The notes under the pieces: model-generated
The model's input: only the letters and a program-made list of their open reading frames with translations
What the model was told of the DNA's origin: nothing
Databases searched by the model: none
Part shown: one piece after another, positions 9,635-21,406 of the stretch
Layout of the letters: every line of letters starts with the position of its first letter
Numbering within the stretch: the first letter of the stretch is position 1
Origin: Diplonema japonicum
Lineage: Eukaryota > Protista > Euglenozoa: Diplonemea
Assembly: GCA_964019335.1 (NCBI GenBank)
Contig: OZ025660.1
Location: forward strand, 62,001-126,000
Reading direction: 5' to 3'
DNA length: 64,000 nt
Position numbers and translations under genes: made by a program

Positions 9635-12480
9635 TCACTTGCCGAACAATTCAATATGCCGCTCATCAACCTCCGGGTCCTCTTCCTCTTCGTCTTCCTC
9701 CTCTTCCTCTTCCTCTTCCTCCTCTTCTTCTTCCTCTTCCACCTCTTCACCTTCTTCCATCTCCCATTCGTCGTCACTGTCAATGACACCAATGTCAGCA
9801 AGCCTCTTCTTTTGTTGCGACAATTGCTCTTTGAAAGCTTTCCCTTCCATGTTCTGTGTGTAGAGTAAGTGAAATAAGAGAGTTACTACCTTAAGATACT
9901 TTACGCGTGGGTCAGACTCGCCGTATTCCGAGAAGGCAAACTTTGCAACTGCCGTGAGCGGTGGAAGGCCGTCTTCGTCGTCGAGGATGTCATCAAACTC
10001 TTCGTTTGTCGTACCGAAGGACTGCCTCACGAAACTCTTACGCATGGAGTGCTTCTTTGGCATTTGTTGTACAGCCGCCATCTCTCTGTCTAATCTCTCG
10101 TTCTCCTCATTCTCTTTCTTTGCAGACTACAGTAGTGCAATAAAACCAAAACCACAAAACGTAAACATACCACCATGATGGTCTTAATAACAAAGCCGAG
10201 CCCACCCAAGATGACAACTAACCCCAGGGAGCCGATCTGATAGCTGTTACACTTGCATCAACAACATACCACTAAAATCGTACTGGAAACGTTGCCCACG
10301 ATGTCCTCCTGAGGTGCTGCCACGTTCAGCGGGTCACGCACGATGACCAATGGTGCACCGACCCTGACCCACGTCTGAGTGTAGATGAACAATACACACA
10401 CTGACCATGTCCCGGGTTGGGTCCAATCCCCTACTAAAGTGTCAGGAGGCCTAAATCTGATACTGTGGGCGTCCGGGTATAGGGACGCTGCAGTATAACA
10501 CCCAAAGGTACTGCAATTGCCCCACTCGTTCGTGCTCAAGGAGTATCTTATTGTCGTCAGGTCTGTCACCTCGCACATCTGACTGTTGATGAGCCGTATA
10601 CCCTTCCACGCAGCGGGGCTAGCGTAGTGCACCTCCATCTGAAAGGGTCTGTTGGCATAAACTGTGCCGAAGGCTTCAGGCCTGTCCGGCTGCGCAGGGA
10701 CATATAAGTTATATGACACCTGAAAGGAGGTTCAGCAGGTAACAGCATACCTCAGAAGGATGTAAGTCGATGGTCATAGTGACGGAGCCCACAGGAGCGA
10801 TGCGGAAAGACACACACTAGGTGGCTAAGAGTCAATTGGCGGACATACCCTAGCAGGGACCCTGAGGGTCACGATCTCTGGTGTAGGTAAGCTGCCCTCT
10901 GCAGGGGCGATAGTGTAGGTCGACTCTCGAAACATGTTGATAGTCATCTCGCAAGGCTTGTCGGCTCCACACTCTGAGAAAGATATCGCAGCTGGGGATA
11001 CAATTCTATCCAGCTTCGCTAGGAAGCCGTGGGGTGCTGACGGCAGGTTCGATGAAAAACCTGTACGTATTACATCCATGCAATCTACCGCACGCCACGA
11101 GTCTTTGTTCAGTTTCACAGTCAGTGACATGCTCAGCTTGGCGCCTACAAGACCAGCGATGTCGCCGGTGTGCTCAGGCTCGGTGTGACCTGTGTTTACG
11201 TGGGTGATGTCACCCATGGACTTGATAGAGAACTTGAAAGTATTTGGGCCACCATTAAGCGAATAAGGTGGGAGCTTTGATATAAGTACCGAAGTCGGGA
11301 CATTGAACTGCACAGTATCGTCAGATACATCAGAAGGCAGCCTGTAGCCTGTGTCTTTTTCGATAGTTACCAACAGTCGTTGCTCTTGGTTAACATCCGG
11401 CTCCAGATCTAACAGGGAGAACGACCTCGGCTGCAGAAGGTAAGAGCTTCGCATGTCCCACGTGCCGCTGATGGTGTTTCTAAAGGACGTGATAAACTGG
11501 TTCTTCCTCTCGATAACCGCTACGGAAGTATTATCTACAAGATTCCATTTGTCGTGCTTCAACACTAGGACGAAAGATGCTGTCCCCTCACGAATCATGT
11601 TCTCTGTGAGCTGACCGTTTGTATATGATATCCACACAGTGCCGGGAGAGTTCAGGATCACAAAACCCAATGGCTGCCTTGGTGTGGGCGCGTATCCTGA
11701 CGTCAACAAAGAGGATGGGAGGGTGATGTTGATAACTTCTTGCTCGGCGTAGAAGTTGTAATTGGCGTCCGGCTCGAAAGTGATCCGCATTGTGTCGTAC
11801 GGTGCGATTATCTCGAACCTCTGCACGTTGAGGAGTAGGCCCTTGCGTGCTACAAAATTGTAAGGCTCGCCCTGGTCGGACGAGAGAGAGCTGTTGAATG
11901 CCTCAATCAGCTTTAGAATAGGACTTTGCGAGCGAGTAACGAAGGTCTCGCCATTCGTGAGGGTGATGTTGATTGTGAGACCTCCTTCACGGAGCTTGCT
12001 CTCTGTCACTGTTGTTGGGTACAGAAAGGACTCAGCTGCCTTGATGATGAAAGAAGTGGTGCCCGATGTGCCTGAGGCAAGGGGCACAGCGCCACTCACA
12101 GTAGCGTTGCCAGGGACAGTGAGGACAACCTGCTCGTCTTTTATGATATTGTACGACAGCACAGGTTGCAGCAGCATGGCGACGACGCTGTAGTCGTTCT
12201 TCCTCTGGTCGATGACGACAGCAGAATCGGGGAGGATCTGCGCCCGCTTGGCAGAGTACCCTGCAGGCTCCGTCAAGATATCAGAAGTGCTGATACTGTT
12301 ACTGATAATGGCAGGTGCATACGGCGAAAGGACTGGCTGCCAAATGTCCCCTCGCAGTATTAAATGCACTTCCTTCCCACCCATCCTGATGTCAGTCTCA
12401 GTGAGAACCGTACTCGTCACCCTGATGTCAAGGATGCTGCTGAATACATGGACGCACACCGCAAGGGCGACGACTGACAT
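9635..12480 (-). CDS. Type I membrane protein with repeated ectodomain modules and acidic cytosolic tail, 5 exons
   Basis: Hydrophobic N-terminus; four 31-44 nt introns join ORFs 10825-12534, 10258-10719 and 9635-10081 through a TM exon (IGSLGLVVILGGLGFVI); poly-Glu tail. Confidence 0.8.
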
Positions 12481-12540
12481 GCCACCTACCTGCGATAGTA
12501 AAGATGTAACTGCGGACAGAAAAAAAAAAAACACTACTAT

Positions 12541-14202
12541 CTAAAGCTCGTCACTCGAGCACGATGATGTACTTTTCTCTACGAGCAAGCGCAGCCCCAT
12601 GTGATCGCTCGGTGGCACTTGGTCCTGTTTCATGTGTTGTACAACTAAAAGTGCATACCTCTGCCTTGACCCGCGAACCAAAGACCTCCATGAAGCTGAA
12701 CTGCGACAGATCGATGTCACCCTTTACGAGCACGAAGTCGATACGTTTCTCAAGTGCTTTCCCCAGGTTGTTGAAAGTGTACCCATGTTCGCTGTTAAGC
12801 TCATGCACCCTCTTTCCTGGTGTCAGCCATACATCCTTGAAGTTGCACTCTGTTCCCTTGAACTCCTTCTTTCCGAGAAGGTACTGCATAGCGGGATCAG
12901 AGGGAATCATGTTCAAGTCTCCCATCAAGATGGTACCCTGCTGTGGTACGTTTTGACCCCCGTACATACCTTCCCTCCGTTCTCGCTGCGCTCCAATTCA
13001 TTAGCCCACTGGCAGATTTCGTAAACATTGTTCATCCTCGCCTCGTCAGACAAGGACAGGTGTGTCGTTAACACGTTCACCTTCCCGATCTGCTCGGTCA
13101 CAATGGTCGCCGCAAGGCACAGCTGTGTTTGCTTTAATGGTATGGTTTAGCATACCCTTTGGTGTTCGTCACCACCATCCTTCGGCCAGAACCGCGTAAG
13201 CTGCAACGCATCCACATGTGTCACAGGAAGCCTCGTGAGAATAACTGGACCCTCCGTCTGTGTGGCAAGCCCCTTGTCCAGCTGGATGTACGACATGGCA
13301 GGCACCCATATTACCTGGTACAGACCCACTTCTTCCATCCTCCACAACAGATGGTCGACCTGCGTTCATGCTTGTAAGAACACTGCATACCTGGTGTCTT
13401 GTGTACTCCGGACCCAGCTGTGCTCCAGCGTTGTCGTACCTCACCTATGGTGGTGTATTGACGGGTGTGCCGGTTCGTTGGAAAGACACACCTCTTGGAA
13501 TGCCATGATGTCAGGCACCGTTGCTTGTTTGATGCTCCGCGTGATGAGCTCAAGCCTTCGCGGCCACGGGTTGTTGAAGTTCCAAATATTGTAGCACACG
13601 ATGGAAAGGGGCGGGCTATCAGCGGGACCTTTAGGGACGTCGGGCAACCCAAACCACGCCGCCAGTAAAGGCGACCTGTCAGTGTGTTTGGGGTGCTCCC
13701 ACCCCTCGGCTCCCGTTGGCTGCCAAGTATGTCTCACCATCGAGAACAGGCCTTCTCTGTCACCGAACAGTGTGAGCTTATGATCCACGGTCTTGAAAGC
13801 CCGAGCTGTTTCGACCTCCACTGCCGATTTTGCAGGTGCATCCTCTAAATATTCCAGCGTCACCTCCAGTTCGTAACTCACGCCCAATAACAGAGGCTCT
13901 TCGGCTTCGGTCCCGTTCCAAGAGGTGAGACTCAGGTGCAGGACCTCCTTTCCATCCTTCGTAAACTTTATGACCTGCCTGGTGATGCTGTTCAAACTCT
14001 TCACTTTCAACCCGCTTACATGCGTGCACTCTCTACACCTTCCCCAATGCTCATTTATTGCCATTTCGCTGAACTCCAGAATAGGCCCCACCACAGCAAC
14101 GTCGTCACGTGCAATCACCTCCTTGTTCCCCAGAACATTTCCCCAGCTCCCCGAATCCTCAGCAGCGACTACGATGGCCAACAGCACGCATAAGTGAAAC
14201 AT
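12541..14202 (-). CDS. Endonuclease/exonuclease/phosphatase (EEP) family enzyme with signal peptide and C-terminal SDEL, 6 exons
   Basis: CYNIWN, DIMAFQEV, TTHLS, MGDLN, RIDFV, PSDH motifs assembled over five 29-47 nt introns. Confidence 0.9.
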
Positions 14203-14280
14203 CCTCCAGATACTGTTAAATTGTGATGGAAGTAGGTGCAAAACCGCCGAACTACAATACAAGACAATACAAAGCTAGGG

Positions 14281-16541
14281 TTAGCAAGTGCTCTTCGGCG
14301 AGTGTGAAAGGCTCATGCTGTTACGTTTCTCAATGTGCTGCCTCTTAATTGTAGCAAGGGTCTCTTGCGACGCTCGTGAGGCCTTCTGCAGCTCTTTCTT
14401 AAATGCCTCCGGAGAAACAAGCGATTGAGGCTTACTTCCTACAGACAAACGGAAGGGCATCGGTTTCGTTACCCTCTTAGAATCCCTTCCAAGCTGCCCG
14501 TCAATGGGAATGTCGCTGTGCTTGTTCGATATCATTCTGCGTTCTCTTTCAACATTTCCGGCCATGCGTTGAACTCTTGCCACGTCTTGCGAGCGTGCCC
14601 CCTCTTGCACAAGCTTCTTGTGGATAGACTTGAGATGAGAAAGCAGGGTTTTGGTGTCTTCAGGGGACCAACCTGCACCGTCAGTGAGCCCGCCACTGCG
14701 CCGCCAGCGGGCATACATATCGTACACGCCTTTGCTAAGAAGCATCTTGTCGTCGGGCAACTGGTGACCATATTTCATGTCCTTCAGCTTCTCCAACCTC
14801 TTCTCAAGGTCTTCAAAGTCTGCCATTTGCATCTGTATCAGTAAATGTGATATTTATTAATCATACTGCTCTGGCAGCATCGACAGCCTGAGGAGACCCG
14901 GTTTCAGCAAGATCGTTTTGTTCACCCTCTTGCAACTTCTGTGTGGCAAGCGCCTCCATCTGTCGGGTGGGGTTTTGCTTTTCTACATGAATACCTCCAG
15001 CTTTCTCGTCACATTAAGGGGCAACGTCTCATTTCCATAATTCAGCTTGCTCTCGATGCCAACCTCGCGGCGTGTTCTATTTAACGAGGTTGTCAGCTGT
15101 GTGCGGCGTCTCTCACGCTGGATACTAATCTCCTTGTCTTCCACCTGACAGCGCAACGAGTGTATGACAAGTTGCTCCCTTAACGCCAGCAACCGCGGGT
15201 CATCTCTCCGTTGTCTCGCTGCAATGCGCTGTGCTGCAGCTTGCTGGCTTTCAGCCTTCTCAGTAAGTTTTTGCTCCAAGAGCATCTCCATGCCGTCGAT
15301 CATCTTTCGTATTCTTTTCCGTTCATCCTCCTCCTCCTTAAACTTCGCTGCCTGCTTCTCAGCGTACTGCTGCTCTGCCTCTCTCAGCCTTATCTCTGCC
15401 CCCTGAAGAACACGCAGCTGTACAACATGGATTGTATTCACTATCATACCTGCCGCCACGAGAAGGCTTTGTCCGTCCCTTCTGGACGTACTTTCACAAT
15501 AGTGGTGGTCGAAGCTAGCTCCATGAAATGATCACTGACCTCAATGAGGAGAGCGTCGCCTTGCACGACCGTCACAGTGCCCTCCTGCCACCCTTCGTCG
15601 TCATTGTCGCGCACCTCCACTTTGTCGCCCGTCTTTAGGTGCACCTCCTGCTCCTCTGTGTAATACTCGTCAGGGGGCGGTACAGGAGAAGGCGATGCAG
15701 CGAAGGCAGGGTCCAGGTCTTCGTCGGGGACCTCATAGTAGGGCCTCTCAGAGGCTTCCTGTCTGAGACGTGCCTCTCTTTTTGTCAGTGACATGTCTGG
15801 CGGAGCGTTTGCCTGTTTTGTGTTACGCTTCTCCAGGCATACCATCTCGGCAAGTACGTCATCCGCGACAGGTGGTGACTCGAAGTGGTCAGGAGGGTCG
15901 TGCATATGCCCGGGACAACAAAGCAGGTGCACCATGCGTTTTAGATCATCTGGTGTGAGGTCACCAGTGATCTTTGGAGAGGGGACTTCAGTCTCGGGGT
16001 CGTACAGCACAGGCCTTGGTGGAATGGGCTTGCGCTCTTTGAGTTCGAACTGCTGCTCCTGTTCCACGTGGGGAATAGGGCTCCCCCCACCCGGGCCGTA
16101 GTTGATGGGCACGTCAGGGTTGACGTGGCAGATAGTCAACAAAAATTCTTTTTTCTGCCTAGGCTCTCTAAATCTGATGGTGAAATCAGACGGCTTTTCT
16201 ACATTCTCCCATGACATCTCCACCAATGTGGGCCCCTCATCTTCCTTGATGGTTGCACATTTCATATTGCTGAGTGGGAACTTCACATGAGTAAATATCC
16301 CTGTTTCAAGCGTCGTTTGTGGGAACTTATACACTGCATTCTCGGTAATAGCGATGATACGTGTGATCGCAATGCCGCCAGAAACAACCTCTGCCACCTG
16401 CAGAGAGTAGTAGAGATCCATTTCCCCCTGACGCTCCAGGTACCCTCTCACATGTTTGTTTTGAACAAGATTTTCCGTGTCCAGCTTTTTTGCTTTGATA
16501 AGCGGCACATCGGCCTCCACACCTTCGTTTTCATCTTGCAT
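14281..16541 (-). CDS. Hypothetical protein with PH-like N-terminus, Tudor/Agenet-like module and coiled coil, 4 exons
   Basis: Three phase-0 micro-introns join ORFs 15444-16604, 14983-15459 and 14281-14832; GDKVEVRDNDDEGWQEGTV motif. Confidence 0.7.
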
Positions 16542-16684
16542 CCCTGTCAGCGGCTGATGTGAAAAAAGGGAAACAAAACCTGGTAAGCAATAACAGAACA
16601 ACAACAGAATACATGAAACAACAATTATACAAGATATAATATCTACATTCTACCACAGTCTTGTGTCCTTGTGTGCAATCTGCA

Positions 16685-17950
16685 TCATAAACCTTCTCCC
16701 CGACATAGGGGACATGGCCTCCGAGTGCGATCTGCATTGTGCAGATATCCTATAAACAAACTGACAGTGACTGGTGCAACATACCTCTTAGTGCTCCTCC
16801 CCACAACAGGTACCTGACGCTCCACGTCTTGGAAGGTGAAATTGTGTTGCACGTGACTCTGAGCGGACTTGGAGCGTGGATGGAGCCTCTCTGGAGAATA
16901 TTCGGTGTGGGCCACTTGCTTCTTACCACGAGGAGCAGGCTTCATCGCTGCTAGTGCGTCTTGCTCCCCACGCCACGAAGCCCTTCCTGTACGTCTCGCG
17001 GAAGGCTGCCCCCACCCATCTGTGCGCATCCCCAAACCTTGCGGGTAGTACTGTTGTGACCTTTCCCGTGATGCCGCTGCTCGTTCTCTGTGCCGCTCCT
17101 CCGATTTATGGCTTAGCTGTTCATCTAGCTGGGCCTTAAGAAGCATCTTCTTTTGCCGTTCCCTCCACTGCTCGCAACGTTCATCGTGCTGCAGCTTCTT
17201 CCTCTCGTTCTCGGCTGCTGTCTTTTCGGTTTGCTTCTGGCGCTCATTTGCAGCAATCCTTTCCTGCTTCCAAGCGGTCACCGTAATGTTTGATACAGGT
17301 GAGTGGCTGCGGTCAAGCGATCTGGCACGTCCTTGCCTTCGTTGCAGCTCCTCACGGACAGGCGCAGCAACTATCTTCTTACCCACCTTGGTTGTGGTGC
17401 CTTCTGAACCGAGAAGAGCATAGGGTGGAGGCGCTGGCGCGCGGTTGGGGGATCTAACAGGCGAGGCGACGGTGAAGTCAACGTTGCTGCTGTCGTGCTT
17501 TTCTAGGAAAACACGCTTTGGCCCTTCCGTTTTGTAGTCATACTCCACGCCTTCAGTGCTCAGCTGCCGACCTGGTGCCCTTCCTGTTGAACGTGCAGAC
17601 CTTTCTACAGAGCTCATGCGTAAAGACGTGGCTGTTGGCTTCACTATCTTCAATGCAGCCAGCTCATGCTTTAACCGCTTCTGTCTGGCCTCCATTTGAT
17701 TCCTCTGCGCTTTGGCCAACTGCACCTTCTTTTCCAATCGTGTTTGCACTTCCAAATTCAAAGCACCCTTGTCAGCAGCTAGCCCTGCAAGAAGTGCCTT
17801 CCCTGCTTGCAGGCGCTCCCTGCTGGCAGACCTCTGTCGCCTCTCGCGATCTGCTCGCAGATCATCTGCTGTGATGCGATGCGCTGGAGAGAACGACGCA
17901 CGTGACGGCCACGTGGGCATCTTGATCCTTTCATGTGTTTCTTGTTGCAT
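16685..17950 (-). CDS. Hypothetical basic coiled-coil protein (3' end uncertain)
   Basis: ~420-codon ORF; ATG 17950 follows a pyrimidine tract and CAG; possible introns near 16740-16773. Confidence 0.6.
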   Translation of the reverse strand: MQQETHERIKMPTWPSRASFSPAHRITADDLRADRERRQRSASRERLQAGKALLAGLAADKGALNLEVQTRLEKKVQLAKAQRNQMEARQKRLKHELAALKIVKPTATSLRMSSVERSARSTGRAPGRQLSTEGVEYDYKTEGPKRVFLEKHDSSNVDFTVASPVRSPNRAPAPPPYALLGSEGTTTKVGKKIVAAPVREELQRRQGRARSLDRSHSPVSNITVTAWKQERIAANERQKQTEKTAAENERKKLQHDERCEQWRERQKKMLLKAQLDEQLSHKSEERHRERAAASRERSQQYYPQGLGMRTDGWGQPSARRTGRASWRGEQDALAAMKPAPRGKKQVAHTEYSPERLHPRSKSAQSHVQHNFTFQDVERQVPVVGRSTKRYVAPVTVSLFIGYLHNADRTRRPCPLCRGEGL

Positions 17951-18094
17951 AGCAGGGGTAGAATAAGGAGCTGGAATCACATAGGCCGAAACAAAGGGTT
18001 AGAGTTGTGGGTAAAAGGAGAAGAAAACAATCTTTTAGCATGCGCTGCGTACCGGCCAGCTGGGCCTAGCCCCCCTAAGAAAAGAACACAATTA

Positions 18095-19407
18095 TTAGCT
18101 TGGTGGGTCGAGGTCAGTGGGCTTCGATAGCGTGTCAAGGAAGCTTGAGAGCTCTTCATTCTTCTGTTGTTTAAAGTCTTCTTCATGTTTCTATGCCATA
18201 CCGGTGCTGAGGTGTCCCAGTCAGCGACGGAGCCTGCCACACGCCGTAGCTCAGTCATACTGTGGAGAAGATTGTGCAAAGGAATGTGGCATACCTCTCA
18301 GGGCACACCGAGTGCTGCGGCACTTGTGCACCCGACCCCACGCAGTCTCCCACAGCACGCAAGACAGCATCGAGGGGTTGCTGTGTTGCAGGGGGGTGCG
18401 GTGAGGGAGTGAGATCGGATAGGTCAAACGCGGGTGGTGGTGGAAGATCAGTATTGCTCACGATGGCGGCCTGACCCACATCCCAGCCAGGCCCCTCAGC
18501 AGGTGGTATGCACAAAGCTTCGAGCTCCTCCAACGTTATCTCCTTGGGTCGCTGGTCTTCTGGCGGGGGTGCGTTCAAGGGGTCCCTTGGGATGGGCACG
18601 TCAAGTAGGTTCTCAAGAGGGTCCTCCTGCATCTGCGGCATGGCGTATGGGGGAAGAGGGGGGACAATCATATCCAGAGCGGGGTCCGCAGCCTCCTTCA
18701 GAGACTGGATTACAACATGCAGCTGCAGGGAACGGATCCAGCTGTTCGATGTGAGCTTGAAACGGAGCCTAGCAGGGGCGTCCGCAGGAGCCACACCTAT
18801 GTTCCTGGACCACTGTGTAAATGCAGGAAGATGTTTCATGTATTTGACTGTTTTCCCACGAGCTGTTTCCAGCACGACCTGCGTCAGGACTGTAGGGGAA
18901 GCAACGGCAGGGTTGTCCAGATATTTCACGTTTATGTAGTAAGCCCCCTCTCCGACGGTCACCTCATGGTAGATTTCTTCCTTTGTTTTCAGCTTTTTCT
19001 CAGCCCGCCTCTCAAAGAGGATCTGATCGATGACGTAGCCCTCCTTGGCACACGTGCTGGTGTTGGCGGGGAGGAGGATGTTAGTCTCCCGCTCCTTCAC
19101 TCGTTCACATTTCTCCATGTACTCAGTCATCTTTTCGGCACAGAACTTCTGCAGTCCAATATCGGGTGTGCTCCTCCTCACTGTGTTGAATCTGTCCAGA
19201 CACTCAACATAAGTTGTATAGCAACGCTTGTAAGCTGCTTTCAACTGTTTTGCATTTGTGGGGGGAAAAGAGAACAAATACCTTCCTCACATCTCTGTCG
19301 CTACTCTTCAGCCACCCTTGCTGCATGGAATCTGCCCGCTTCTCTTCCATCTCTGCCCTCTTCCCCAAGTCGAACCCCTCCGCGAGCTGCACCTTGTAAC
19401 CCGACAT
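18095..19407 (-). CDS. MIT-like domain protein with proline-rich C-terminus, 4 exons
   Basis: Helical N-terminus ending KMTEYMEKCERVKE resembles MIT; three 35-38 nt introns give a continuous frame. Confidence 0.6.
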
Positions 19408-19429
19408 GTGTACAATCCTCTATCTCCCT

Positions 19430-20340
19430 GTGGGATCTTCCTTTCTTGTAGCGAACAGATGCAAAAAAAAAAGAAAAAACGATCATAAACCAAAGACTAA
19501 AAGGGGGAAGGGAGGAAGACACTTTCAGGTCAGGCTTCTTGTTAATTTAATACTGACCTTTGTTGGGGAGTTGTATATAAAAACAAAGAGATCCGCCAAT
19601 CAGGATGTTAGTCTAAGCAATGGGAAGGGAGACGGGTGGGGGAGGGAAAAGCTGGAAAACAAGGGATAAAGTAAGTCAAAGACAATAATAAAAAGTAGAA
19701 ACAACTGCCTCTCAATTTTGTATGGTATACATCGTCCACCCCCCCCCCCCCCCCCCGGTCCCTTTCTTCCCGGCTTCTCTTTTTTCTCTCCTCCAATTGC
19801 TAACAAGCATATAACTACCCAAAACGACTTAAAAAAAAAAGCTTTCGAGAGAAGGCAGTTTGTTAACACTGATATTTCTTTTTTTTTAAGATTTAAGAAA
19901 AGAAAAGAACAAAAAAGCAGTTACACTCAAAAAAAAAGGGGTGGGGTGATGTCTCGGGAAACACTATTGTGGGAAGAGCGCGGGGTAAGGCTTAAAAAAA
20001 AACAAAAAAAAAGACCTCGAGACATTTCTTCTTCTTTTATTTCTTTTACACTCTTCTGAGAATTACTTCACGCACTCGGGGGACAGAAGTAACGGAGGGA
20101 AAGTTAAGGGAGCTAAGGGCATTTCAAAATACCGCAGCAAGAAAATACTAACAAAGGGCTCATCCGACTGGCAGGAAAGACTGCCTCCGAAGAACTATGT
20201 AACTTGCTGTACTCCCTGTACCCCTCGTGGTGAAGTAGTTTCAGAATGTTGTGAAATAAAACTACTTACCGCCAAAGAACGACCCTGCCGAAGGATGGTA
20301 AGGTTATATACTTATTAGCAGTAAGTAGCTATTTTTTCCC
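19430..20340 (-). other. Long homopolymer-rich spacer, probable CNOT9 3' UTR plus acceptor region
   Basis: ~940 nt non-coding with poly-T and poly-G runs on the minus strand. Confidence 0.6.
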
Positions 20341-20346
20341 AAGAAC

Positions 20347-21327
20347 CTAATGAGGCTGCACCATCATGCCGCCCGGGGGAGGGCCGGGGGGAGGGGTTGG
20401 GTTCTGGTTGACAACCTGCTGTTGCTGTTGCTGCTGCTGCTGGAGGGCGGTGACGTTGGGGTCGCCTATGTTCAGGAGAAGCTGGAAGAGCCACCTACGC
20501 ATGCCGAGGTCGTCGCCGAGGTAGTCCGAGAAGGTCGCATCACGCAGCTGTTCAGGCAGGCAGTGCTTCAGTGCATCACGGGCACGGGAGTGGTCAGACA
20601 GCCTAAGGTAGCACCTGATCACGTGCTTCAGCAGCCTCGCAGGCGGCTTCTCCGATGTCGTCATCTTCGACAGCACCGTCGACACGGCGTAGAACCTCTC
20701 TGGTGTCGCGCACAGGTACTGCAACCCAATGTCGAACAGCAGAATCTTCTGCACAATAAACGTCGCCACAGTCTTGCTCAGCTCGCTCCCCGTCTCCATG
20801 ATCCTCAAGCACAGAGGAATAATCTCCGTCGACAGCAGGAATCTCACCACCTCCGCGTCGTCAGCCTTCACAAGCGCACCAATCACACCCAAGCTGGTCA
20901 GCCTCAAGTACTCAAACGGCCTCGTTTTTGTCGCTGTGTTAAGGAACGGGTAAAGGAACAGTGGCAGGTGTGCCCTGATGCACAGCATCCTTGTCTCAGG
21001 ATGGCTCGCAACGCACTGAAGCAGCGCAAGCGCGTTGCACACTCTGTTCGAGGCAGGCCCCGCAAGGTCAGCGGGGTGTAGCAGGTTGTACACTGAAATT
21101 ACCTCTTGCAGCAATGCCGCCATGACACCGACACTGTACCACAAGGTCGGCGCAAGGTCGGGGTACTGTTCCCTCTTCTTCGACAGCTCGTACAGGGCAT
21201 GCTCCCTGTGGTCGGAAACAAGAAGGCCTATCACATTGGTGAAAAGCTTGTAGTTACCCGCCTGCTGTGCCTGCTCGCCCTGCTCATCTCCCTGAACAGC
21301 ACCATGAGGGTGGGGGTGTTCAGCCAT
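20347..21327 (-). CDS. CNOT9: CCR4-NOT subunit 9 (RCD1/CAF40)
   Basis: [69 protein letters not shown]; intronless. Confidence 0.97.
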   Translation of the reverse strand: MAEHPHPHGAVQGDEQGEQAQQAGNYKLFTNVIGLLVSDHREHALYELSKKREQYPDLAPTLWYSVGVMAALLQEVISVYNLLHPADLAGPASNRVCNALALLQCVASHPETRMLCIRAHLPLFLYPFLNTATKTRPFEYLRLTSLGVIGALVKADDAEVVRFLLSTEIIPLCLRIMETGSELSKTVATFIVQKILLFDIGLQYLCATPERFYAVSTVLSKMTTSEKPPARLLKHVIRCYLRLSDHSRARDALKHCLPEQLRDATFSDYLGDDLGMRRWLFQLLLNIGDPNVTALQQQQQQQQQVVNQNPTPPPGPPPGGMMVQPH

Positions 21328-21406
21328 ATTCAAACTCTGTAATACTTGGGTAGGTTAGCAGCATGGCACATTCAAATTGAAGGAACTAAATAGATGCTAG
21401 AAAGCA

